A DNA stretch of 64,000 nt, from NCBI GenBank assembly GCA_947627665.1, contig CANQWX010000007.1, positions 16,845-80,844 of the forward strand. The letters run 5' to 3'. Under the pieces are notes generated by a model. It saw only the letters and a program-made list of their open reading frames with translations, was not told the origin of the DNA and ran no database searches. The stretch is from an uncultured Clostridia bacterium. GTDB lineage: Bacteria > Bacillota > Clostridia > Christensenellales > Borkfalkiaceae. Of the stretch, positions 38,721 to 47,839 are shown one piece after another. The number at the start of each line of letters is the position of its first letter. Positions within the stretch are counted from its first letter, which is position 1. A program made the position numbers and the translations under genes.

Positions 38721-38874
38721 TTTTCGTCATTTCGAGCGGAACGAAGTGAAGTCGAGAAATCTCAACCCTATTGCCCTCTCCGTGGGAAAGGGGTAGGGGT
38801 GTGGGGCGCTTGCTGTCCCTGAAAGGGAAAGTGGCGAACGCAGTGAGCCGAAAGGGTTTTCGAGAACCCCTCAG
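38721..38874. repeat. 154 bp composite repeat (right copy) downstream of the LRR gene
   Basis: It is a direct repeat of 37303-37457, with one 1-nt indel and one substitution seen by eye. Confidence 0.9.
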
Positions 38875-39322
38875 TCACTCACTACGTTCGTGACAGCTTT
38901 CTCACACGGATAGAACCCCGTGTTCGGTCACCGTTCGCGCGGCAAATGCGCTCACTCATGTCGCATTGCGCCAACGATTATCAATCGTTGGCAGAAGGCA
39001 ATGCTCCACCTGCGAGGGGCGCCAAGATGCCCACCCCCTTAGTCCGTTTTGGCGGCAGGGACCGCCAAAACCCCGTACTGCGCTACGCTTGTTCCGCCCT
39101 TAGGCAACATAGAACGTGCGGGCGGGGCGGCGAGGCCACGCCTCCTGTCGCGGCGCCCCTCACAGCCCACTGGGCTGTTGAGAGAACGGCACCGCTCCAC
39201 CCCATTGGAGGGGGTAATGATGCCGCTCCACCCCATGGGCGGGGCAAATATCCAATGACACAATTTTAGCACCTCTCCGCATACCTTGTAGTAGAGCCAT
39301 TCAAGGCTTACGGAGGTCACAA

Positions 39323-39982
39323 ATGTCATTTTTTTCCAATTTCTCATCGGACCATTGCCCCGGCACCATCACAGGCAATCCGTTGAACGGTCTTTGCGAA
39401 AAGGTGTGCATACAGGCGGAAAAAATCTTTGACGCGGGGATCATCCAAACGAGGCTCGAAAACTATCCCATCACCCTCGAAAACCCCACGCCCGCAAATC
39501 CTACATATCCGCTTACATTCATATCGGCGCGCTCCCTCGCTTCCGAGGGAACGGTGACAAATCTCACCGTGGACCAGCAAACGGACGGCCAGTGCGCCCG
39601 CGTGCAGTGCACGATCACGGTGCCCATCGAGGTCGTCTACCTCGACGCGACCGGCGCAGAGGGCAAGGCGACAAGCGAGATCGTCCTCAACGAGGATGTG
39701 CTCATGTATGTGCCGCCCGCATCCGTCATGCCGTTTACGGTGACGGCGATCGCTTCCTGCGTTTCCCCCGAGGGAACGTTCAACGCCTCTACAGGCTCCT
39801 TCAACATCAGCGCCTGCCTCACGCTGATCCTAAAGGTCGCCATGCAGGTGGAACTTCTCGTCCCCAGCTACGGCTATTGCGCCATCCCGCCCGCACAGGA
39901 GTACTCGCAGGAAGTCTGCTCGGGCTTCTTCGAGCTGCCGCTCTATCCGCAGGGCAGGTCGTGCTGCAAAAAGAACAATTGA
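39323..39982 (+). CDS. Hypothetical protein, Cys-containing and predicted beta-rich (no family recognised)
   Basis: 219 aa with a GGAGG RBS 6 nt upstream and a good terminator downstream. Composition is coding-like, with no signal peptide. Confidence 0.6.
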   Translation: MSFFSNFSSDHCPGTITGNPLNGLCEKVCIQAEKIFDAGIIQTRLENYPITLENPTPANPTYPLTFISARSLASEGTVTNLTVDQQTDGQCARVQCTITVPIEVVYLDATGAEGKATSEIVLNEDVLMYVPPASVMPFTVTAIASCVSPEGTFNASTGSFNISACLTLILKVAMQVELLVPSYGYCAIPPAQEYSQEVCSGFFELPLYPQGRSCCKKNN

Positions 39983-40006
39983 ACAAACGGAACCGGACCA
40001 AAATGC

Positions 40007-40040
40007 CAAGAAGCCGACTTTGGGTCGGCTTCTTCCTTTT
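40007..40040 (+). terminator. Intrinsic terminator after the 219-aa gene (caagaagccgac-tttgg-gtcggcttcttc plus T-run)
   Basis: Stem and U-tract were read directly. Confidence 0.7.
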
Positions 40041-40078
40041 CTCTCGGAAATGCGCTGTTTGGAATGTGGTAGGCGAGA

Positions 40079-40128
40079 TTTGAAACGCGGCGGGGGTTGC
40101 CTTTTGGGCAACCCCCGCCGCGTTTCAA
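40079..40128. repeat. Perfect 23 bp-stem hairpin tttgaaacgcggcgggggttgcc-tttt-ggcaacccccgccgcgtttcaaa
   Basis: Read directly; function unknown. Confidence 0.8.
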
Positions 40129-40243
40129 AACAGAACTGAAAGGGGGGACAGGTCCCACCCCCTTGATCCCCCTCCGATGGAGGGGGTAAAATTAGGGACC
40201 CCCGCCTGGCGCTGCGGCGTCGCCCCCTCAGGAAGGGGGCGGG

Positions 40244-42340
40244 TCACTTTTTCAAACTCAGATAGATCATGAGGACGGAGATGTCGGCGGGGGAGACCCC
40301 CGAGATGCGCTCCGCCTGTCCCAAATTCAAGGGGCGGACGCGGTTGAGCTTCTCGCGCGCTTCGAGGCGCAGCCCCCCGATCTGTTCATAATCGAGATCG
40401 GGTGGGAGAGGCTTTTCCTCCATTTTTTTCGCCTTCTCCATCTCCTTTTCGCTCGCCTTCAAGTAGCCCTCGTACTTGATCTCCGTTTCGGCGGAGAGAA
40501 GAATGTCGTAGGGGACAGAAGAGAGGGGAAAAGGAAGAGATTTCTCGGCTTCGCCTACGGCTCCGCTCGAAATGACAGAAGAAAGGGCGTTCGCTCCGCT
40601 ACTGCGCCTGCGGCTTGTGCCGCGCTTAGAGAAACAGAACTGCGCGCGGGGCGAAATGACAGAAGGGTGAGCGTTTGCTTCGGGTGAAGGATTGGGGGAT
40701 GACGCCCTTTCTCCCGCTTCGTTAGGGACAGCGAGGGAGGGGAACGTATTGCAAATTTCGCGGATGGAAATGCCGCGGCGGATGAGGTCGCTGTATGTCA
40801 CGCCCGCGGTGAGCGGCGGGAATCCGTGCCGCTGTACGAGCGCGTCCGCCGTTTTCGTGTCTGCACGCGTGTTCAAAAGCGCAAGCGTTTCCCCGCGCAG
40901 CTTTTTCCGCGCCAAAAACCGCCGATAGCGCCTTGTATCCACCAGACCGCATGCGCGCCCGATCTCGGTCAGGCGCATGTCGGCGTTGTCCTGCCGCAGC
41001 GTCAGGCGGAATTCCGCGCGCGAAGTCATCATGCGGTATGGCTCGTCCGTGCCCTTCGTCACCAGATCGTCGATGAGCACCCCGATGTACGCCTGATCGC
41101 GGCGCAGAATGAGCGGCGGTTTGCCGCGGAGCTTCAAAGAGGCGTTGAGGCCCGCCATCAGCCCCTGCGCGGCCGCCTCCTCATAGCCGCTCGTGCCGTT
41201 GATCTGCCCCGCCGTATACAGCCCCTCTACCGTTTTGGATTCAAGGGTGGGAAGAACGTCGAGGGTGTCGATGCAATCGTATTCGATCGCATAAGCGTAG
41301 CGCACGATCTCGCAATGTTCCAGTCCCTCGACCGTGCGGTACATCTCCTTTTGCAGGTCGTGGGGGAGAGAGGTCGACAGCCCCTGCACATACACTTCCG
41401 TCGTGTCCGCGCCCTCGGGTTCCAAAAAGAGCTGGTGCCGCTCCTTGTCGCGGAAACGCACCACCTTGGTTTCGATGGAGGGACAGTAGCGCGGCCCCGT
41501 GGAGGAGATCTGCCCGTTGTAGAGGGGGGCGCGGCCGAGATTGTTCAAAATGAGCGCATGTGTGCGTTCGTTGGTATAGGCGAGATAGCAGGGCGTTTGC
41601 GCCTTGGGTGCATGGTTGTGCAGGAAAGAGAAGGGGTATACGTCCTCGCCGTCCTGCTTCTCCAGCTTGCCGAAGTCGACGGTCCTGCCGTCGATGCGGG
41701 CGGGCGTGCCCGTCTTGAAACGGCGCACTTTATAGCCGAGCGAGAGGAGCGATTTTGTAAGACGGGTCGCATTTTGGAAGCCGTTGGGGCCGCTCGCGGT
41801 GACGAGTTCCCCCGTGATCGTGTCCGAATTGAGATACACGCCCGTCGCCACGACGACGGCGCGGCACCGGAAAACGCCGCCGTAAGTCGTCTTGACGGCG
41901 GAAACGCGCGGGCGGCTCTCCCGCTCTCCGCAGGGCGCCGGCTCGGTCAAAATTTCGGCGGCCTCCGCCTGTACGATGCGCAGATTTTTGGTGTGTTCGA
42001 GCACCTGCTTCATGCGGCGGTGGTATTTGTTTTTGTCCACCTGCGCGCGGAGGGACTGCACCGCGGCGCCCTTGCCCGCGTTCAGCATCCGCACTTGCAG
42101 GGCGCATTCGTCCGCCGTGACGCCCATTTGTCCGCCGAGCGCGTCGATCTCGCGCACCAAATGCCCCTTCGCCGTTCCGCCGGCGGAGGGGTTGCAGGGC
42201 ATGAAGCCGATACTGTCCAAATTTAAGGTCATGAGCACCGTCGAAAGTCCCGTGCGGGCGAGCGCGAGCGCCGCTTCCGCGCCCGCATGTCCCGCGCCGA
42301 TGACGACGGCGTCGCAGACCTGTTCGCAAAATTCTTGCAT
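40244..42340 (-). CDS. mnmG: tRNA uridine 5-carboxymethylaminomethyl modification enzyme MnmG (GidA), carrying a ~71-aa repeat-derived insertion
   Basis: The N-terminus is DAVVIGAGHAGAEAALALAR. GTPARI, QINGTSGYEEAAAQGL and the C-terminal EIKYEGY...GQAERISGVSPADISVLMIYL are present. The start was set at ATG 42340 (MQEF...). The track ORF start at 42610 overlaps dnaA. Confidence 0.93.
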   Translation of the reverse strand: MQEFCEQVCDAVVIGAGHAGAEAALALARTGLSTVLMTLNLDSIGFMPCNPSAGGTAKGHLVREIDALGGQMGVTADECALQVRMLNAGKGAAVQSLRAQVDKNKYHRRMKQVLEHTKNLRIVQAEAAEILTEPAPCGERESRPRVSAVKTTYGGVFRCRAVVVATGVYLNSDTITGELVTASGPNGFQNATRLTKSLLSLGYKVRRFKTGTPARIDGRTVDFGKLEKQDGEDVYPFSFLHNHAPKAQTPCYLAYTNERTHALILNNLGRAPLYNGQISSTGPRYCPSIETKVVRFRDKERHQLFLEPEGADTTEVYVQGLSTSLPHDLQKEMYRTVEGLEHCEIVRYAYAIEYDCIDTLDVLPTLESKTVEGLYTAGQINGTSGYEEAAAQGLMAGLNASLKLRGKPPLILRRDQAYIGVLIDDLVTKGTDEPYRMMTSRAEFRLTLRQDNADMRLTEIGRACGLVDTRRYRRFLARKKLRGETLALLNTRADTKTADALVQRHGFPPLTAGVTYSDLIRRGISIREICNTFPSLAVPNEAGERASSPNPSPEANAHPSVISPRAQFCFSKRGTSRRRSSGANALSSVISSGAVGEAEKSLPFPLSSVPYDILLSAETEIKYEGYLKASEKEMEKAKKMEEKPLPPDLDYEQIGGLRLEAREKLNRVRPLNLGQAERISGVSPADISVLMIYLSLKK
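40511..40723 (-). repeat. 213 bp composite repeat element inserted in frame within mnmG
   Basis: In the mnmG sense it contains ...ttctgtcatttcgCCCCGCGCGCAGTTCTGTTTCTCTAAGCGCGGCAC... and ...tcttctgtcatttcgagcggagccgtaggcgaagccgagaaatctc. These are the same modules found in intergenic regions at 3210, 32300, 37310 and 37535. GGGAC lies at both borders. Confidence 0.8.
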
Positions 42341-42444
42341 AAGATGTTTTTGAGTAGGGAGAACACCCCTTTCGTCTTGCCACCGTTGACGGCAAGACAC
42401 CCACCCCTCAAGGGGTGGGCAAGTGTGCGGTGAGAGAGGGGCAG

Positions 42445-43794
<1,350 letters not shown>

Positions 43795-43936
43795 TTTTTC
43801 CCTCTCAAACGCTTTGTTTTTTTTGCGGAATTTGCTATAATGAGGTTGTTCCGCCTCCGCGCTGCGGAGCCGCTGCGTCTATTTAAGATTATAATATAAA
43901 ACCGCGCAAAAAGAAAGTATTTTTCGGGTAAATTCG

Positions 43937-45019
43937 GTGATAATCAAAAAATTGGAGCTGCAAAACTTCAGAAACTACGAGAAAGAGACCTTTGTCTTCG
44001 GCGACGGGGTCAATGTGCTCGTGGGCAGAAACGCGCAGGGCAAAACCAATTGCGCCGAAGCCGTATTTTACCTTTGCACGGGCGCGTCGCTGCGCATCCG
44101 CCACGATAAGCAGCTCATCCGCAAGGGAGCGGAGTGCGCCCGCCTCTCCGCCGAAACGGAGTGCCGCTACGGCAGGATCGTCCTCGAAGCGGACATCTAT
44201 GAAAACAAGCGGGAACTCCGTCTGAACGGCGTGAAGGTCGCCCGCGCCGTAGACTTTTTGGGGAACATGAAGAGCGTGTTCTTTTCTCCCGGCGAGCTGC
44301 GCATCGTGCAGGACGGTCCCGACGAGCGGCGGCGGTTTTTGAATCTCTCCATCTCCCAAACCTCGAAAAACTACGCCTCGGCGCTCTTGCGATACAACAA
44401 GATCCTCGACCAAAGGAACAATTTGCTCAAAGAGAGGGACGTTTCCCTCATCTTCGAAACGCTCCCCGTCTGGGACGAGCAGCTCGCGCGCTATGCCGCC
44501 GTGCTCATCCGCCACAGGAGGGAATATCTCGGGCGGCTGTCGCCCTTCGCCGCCGAGGCGCATGCGTTTCTCACGGACGGTGCGGAAAAGCTCGAGCTTG
44601 GCTTCGAAGAGAACTATCCGTCCGAGGAGGGGGAGATCGCCGAAAAATTGCAGCGGGAACTGAAAAACGTCTATGAACGGGACGTGCGGCTCGGCTTTAC
44701 CACCGTTGGCCCGCACCGCGACGACATCCGCGTTTCGATCGACGGGAACGACGCGCGCGGCTTCGCCTCGCAGGGACAGACGCGGACGGCGGCGCTCTCG
44801 ATGAAGCTCGCGGAGCTTGAGATCTTCAAACAGCTCTCGGGCGAGGCGCCCGTCCTCATTCTGGATGACGTCATGAGCGAGCTTGACCTTCCCCGCCGCA
44901 AAAAGTTGCTCCTGCGCACCGAGGGGGTGCAGTGCATCCTCACCTGCACACATGCCGAGCGGCTGCTCTACGGAAAGGAATGCAAAAAGATCAGGATCAG
45001 CGGAGGAAAGATCGTATGA
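43937..45019 (+). CDS. recF: DNA replication and repair protein RecF
   Basis: GTG start. MIIKKLELQNFRNYE...GRNAQGKTN has the Walker A, with GPHRDD and the C-terminal LILDDVMSELD. Confidence 0.93.
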   Translation: MIIKKLELQNFRNYEKETFVFGDGVNVLVGRNAQGKTNCAEAVFYLCTGASLRIRHDKQLIRKGAECARLSAETECRYGRIVLEADIYENKRELRLNGVKVARAVDFLGNMKSVFFSPGELRIVQDGPDERRRFLNLSISQTSKNYASALLRYNKILDQRNNLLKERDVSLIFETLPVWDEQLARYAAVLIRHRREYLGRLSPFAAEAHAFLTDGAEKLELGFEENYPSEEGEIAEKLQRELKNVYERDVRLGFTTVGPHRDDIRVSIDGNDARGFASQGQTRTAALSMKLAELEIFKQLSGEAPVLILDDVMSELDLPRRKKLLLRTEGVQCILTCTHAERLLYGKECKKIRISGGKIV

Positions 45020-45924
45020 TGAGAGCAGACCTGCATCTTCACACCCTCTGCTCGGACGGCGCCTATCCGCCCGCGGAGGTCGCCCGCAGGTGCAAGGCGG
45101 CGGGGGTCGCTCTCTTTTCCCTCACCGACCACGACAACATGAGCGGGCTGAACGAGGGGGCGGAGGCGGCGAAAAACTTGGGGCTTCGCTTTGTGCGGGG
45201 CATCGAGGTGTCCGCCTATCTCGGAGCGACAAAGGTCCACATTCTCGGCTACGGCTGCGGGGAGGGGGACGCCTATACCCGTTTTCTTCACGCGCGGGAA
45301 GAGGGCGCGCGCGCCCGCGCGCGGGACGCCGTCGAAAAAGCGAACGCCTTGCTTTCCCTCGACGTCACCATGGAGGAGGTGGAGAAGTTCCACCCCCGCA
45401 AAGATTCCCCCCTCCACAGCATGCACATTCTGGACGCGTTTGTAAACCGCCTCGGCGGGGACAGGGACCGGCTCTACCGCGAGCTGTTCGTCCCCGGCGC
45501 GCCCGCGTTTTCGGAGCTTGGGCGGCCTCTGCCCGAGGAAGCCGTGCGCGCCATACACGAAATGGGCGGCGTTGCCGTGCTCGCCCATCCCGTACAGATC
45601 CTTGTGCTTCCGAAGGAAGTTTCGGAGCGTTTCCGCCTTCTTTCCCGCGCGGAGAGAGAGGAGGTCAAGCGCACCTATGCAAAAGACCGCAACGCGCTCA
45701 TGGAAAGACTTGCCGCGGCGGGGCTTGACGGCATAGAATGTTATCACCCGACGCATACTTTAAGTGATACGGAGGAGTTTCTCGCGTTCGCACAGGCGCA
45801 CGGGCTGTTTGTGACGGGCGGGTCGGACTTTCATTCGGACGACGGTCCGAGAAGGGTGGGCTACCCCGTCTTTGACGGGACCCGCGCCGGGGAATTGCTC
45901 CTTTCGCTGAAGGGAAGCGTATGA
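45016..45924 (+). CDS. PHP (polymerase/histidinol-phosphatase) domain metal-dependent phosphoesterase
   Basis: MMRADLHLHTLCSDG...LTDHDNMSG...GIEVS...AHP is the PHP motif series. The ATG overlaps the recF stop. Confidence 0.8.
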   Translation: MMRADLHLHTLCSDGAYPPAEVARRCKAAGVALFSLTDHDNMSGLNEGAEAAKNLGLRFVRGIEVSAYLGATKVHILGYGCGEGDAYTRFLHAREEGARARARDAVEKANALLSLDVTMEEVEKFHPRKDSPLHSMHILDAFVNRLGGDRDRLYRELFVPGAPAFSELGRPLPEEAVRAIHEMGGVAVLAHPVQILVLPKEVSERFRLLSRAEREEVKRTYAKDRNALMERLAAAGLDGIECYHPTHTLSDTEEFLAFAQAHGLFVTGGSDFHSDDGPRRVGYPVFDGTRAGELLLSLKGSV

Positions 45925-47219
45925 TGACAGAGAAAACGGCGGCGCTCCTCCTTGCGGGGAGCTTTTTTTTCGCCTTCGGAAGAGTGAAACAAGACGTGAC
46001 GATCGGCGGCGTGCAGGTCGGCGGAATGACGTATGCCGAGGCGGAAAACGCAATACGGTCGCAGTTTTGCGGCGATCTGCCCCCCGTGACCGTGCATACG
46101 CCGTCGGGTGATGTGCGCTTCCGGGAGGGGTTTACGGTAAAAGACGACATCGCCCGCCTCGTGCGGAGGGCAAAGAGGGGAGAAACGCTCTCCGTTTCCT
46201 ACCGCCGCGAATGGGCGGACGCGGAGGACGCGCTCTTTTCCCTTTGCGCCCGCAACGCGCGGGAGGCGAAAGACGCGGAAATGACCTTCTCGGCGGAGGG
46301 TTTTCGCTATACGCATGAAGTTTTGGGCGTTTCCTGCGACTACCAAAAGCTGCTTGCGGACGTGCAGCGCGTTTTGCACGATGGGGGAGAGGTCACGCTC
46401 GCCACGCACCGCTATGCGCCCGCCGTCACCGAGGAGCTATTGCGCGCCCGCACGCGGGAACTTTCCTCCTTCCGTACTTATTTCGACGGTTCCAATGCGC
46501 CGCGGCGGCACAACATCGCCCTTGCCGCCTCCCGCATCGCGGGGACTGTCTTAGCGCCGCAGGAGGTCTTTTCCTTCAATGCCGTGGTCGGAAAGCGCAC
46601 CACGGAGAACGGCTTCCGCTCCGCGGCGGTGATCCTGGACGGCGAATTCGTGCCCGGCGTGGGCGGCGGGGTGTGCCAGACGAGCACCACTCTCTTCGGC
46701 GCGGCGCTCAGGGCGGGCATGGAGATCGTGGAGAGCCGTCCGCATTCCCTCTCGGTGGGATATGTCCCCCCGTCCGAGGACGCCATGGTGTCCGAGGCGA
46801 GCGACCTCAAATTCCGAAACCCGTATCCCTATCCCGTCTACATCCTTGCCGAAATGGGGCAGGGGAGCGTGCGTTTCCGCCTCTTCGGGATGCCCGACGG
46901 CAGGCGGTACGAGGTGGAGAGCAGAGTGCTCGGGCGCGTTCCGCCCCCGCCGCCCGAGGAAGTGGAGGGCGAGGAGGACGCCGTCCTGCGCAATGGGAAG
47001 GAGGGGATCGTGAGCGAGAGCTATCTCGTCGTCTACGGCAGGGACGGCGCGCTCTTTTCGCGCACCCGCATCCGCCGCGACAGCTATGCGCCCGTGCGCG
47101 GGAAAATATCGGTAAAACGGGAAGAGGAGCTGCCCGCGGAGGCGCAAGACGGACCCGACGCCCCGCAGAACGGCGGGGAAATGCAAAAAAATTCGGAAAA
47201 CGGGCGCAAAATCGGTTGA
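45921..47219 (+). CDS. VanW-family protein
   Basis: It has an N-terminal TM segment and the VanW core FSFNAVVGKRTTENGF...GGGVCQTSTTLFGAAL. Confidence 0.75.
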   Translation: MMTEKTAALLLAGSFFFAFGRVKQDVTIGGVQVGGMTYAEAENAIRSQFCGDLPPVTVHTPSGDVRFREGFTVKDDIARLVRRAKRGETLSVSYRREWADAEDALFSLCARNAREAKDAEMTFSAEGFRYTHEVLGVSCDYQKLLADVQRVLHDGGEVTLATHRYAPAVTEELLRARTRELSSFRTYFDGSNAPRRHNIALAASRIAGTVLAPQEVFSFNAVVGKRTTENGFRSAAVILDGEFVPGVGGGVCQTSTTLFGAALRAGMEIVESRPHSLSVGYVPPSEDAMVSEASDLKFRNPYPYPVYILAEMGQGSVRFRLFGMPDGRRYEVESRVLGRVPPPPPEEVEGEEDAVLRNGKEGIVSESYLVVYGRDGALFSRTRIRRDSYAPVRGKISVKREEELPAEAQDGPDAPQNGGEMQKNSENGRKIG

Positions 47220-47244
47220 TTTTTCACGCGGCTTCCGTTATAAT
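47216..47244 (+). promoter_or_regulatory. Sigma-70-type promoter for rplS (TTGATT-17 bp-TATAAT)
   Basis: Hexamers and spacing were read directly. Confidence 0.55.
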
Positions 47245-47249
47245 GTTCA

Positions 47250-47322
47250 AGTGACTTTAGACGTTCCTCTGCCGCAGCGGCAACATCAGACGCAAATCCA
47301 AGAACGGGAATGAACGTTTTTT
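47250..47322 (+). promoter_or_regulatory. Possible rplS leader/attenuator (structured region closed by ACGTTC...GAACGT followed by T6); candidate L19-leader-type element
   Basis: A stem plus U-tract lies between the promoter and the rplS RBS. The class assignment rests on position alone and was not verified against a covariance model. Confidence 0.3.
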
Positions 47323-47345
47323 CAGAACATACGGAGGTAAAGTCC

Positions 47346-47690
47346 ATGAAAGGTTTGATCGAAGCGATCGAAAAGGAGGGGCTGAAAGAAAACGTGCCCC
47401 AATTCAATGTAGGCGACACCGTGAAGGTGGGCTACCGCATCATCGAAGGCGGCAAGGAGAGGATCCAGAACTTCGAAGGCGTGGTCATCGCCAAAAAGCA
47501 CGGCGGCATCCGCGAAACTTTCACCGTCCGCCGCCTTTCCTTCGGCGTGGGCGTGGAGCGCTGCTTCCCCCTGCATTCCCCGAAGGTGGCTTACGTCAAT
47601 GTCGTGCGCGCAGGCAAGGTGAGAAGGGCAAAGCTCTACTACCTCAGAGGCCGCACCGGCAAGGCTGCCAAGATCAAGGAATTGAAGTGA
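47346..47690 (+). CDS. rplS: 50S ribosomal protein L19
   Basis: [58 protein letters not shown] is canonical L19. A GGAGG RBS precedes ATG 47346. Confidence 0.96.
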   Translation: MKGLIEAIEKEGLKENVPQFNVGDTVKVGYRIIEGGKERIQNFEGVVIAKKHGGIRETFTVRRLSFGVGVERCFPLHSPKVAYVNVVRAGKVRRAKLYYLRGRTGKAAKIKELK

Positions 47691-47696
47691 CCTGCA

Positions 47697-47727
47697 AAGG
47701 AGCGCTCTTCGGGAGCGCTCCTTTTTT
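47697..47727 (+). terminator. Intrinsic terminator after rplS (aaggagcgctc-ttcg-gagcgctcctt plus T-run)
   Basis: Read directly. Confidence 0.8.
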
Positions 47728-47839
47728 GCGCTTTTGCGGAATGCGGCGCTAAACTTTTTTTGAAAAAGCCCGCGAAAATCGTTTACAATTCCCGTTGTTT
47801 CGGTTAGAATAGTATGCGACGATATAATAAGGAAACAAA

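Noticed and set aside
38946-39269. 107-aa ORF in the 38.7-39.3 kb intergenic region. Similar repeat-encoded ORFs lie at 17414-17737, 17508-17714, 3023-3304 and 32226-32552.
   Set aside because: Their sequences are simply translations of the repeat modules (for example PPSIGGGLRGWA reiterated, SFRAQPRNLTA duplicated). They lack RBSs. The same DNA occurs in both orientations elsewhere.
43795-43936. oriC in the dnaA-recF intergenic spacer
   Set aside because: An AT-rich core is present, but I could not find TTATCCACA/TGTGGATAA-type boxes (up to 2 mismatches) by eye. There is also no coding-strand switch around dnaA. I therefore left it uncalled and noted it as a question under findings.
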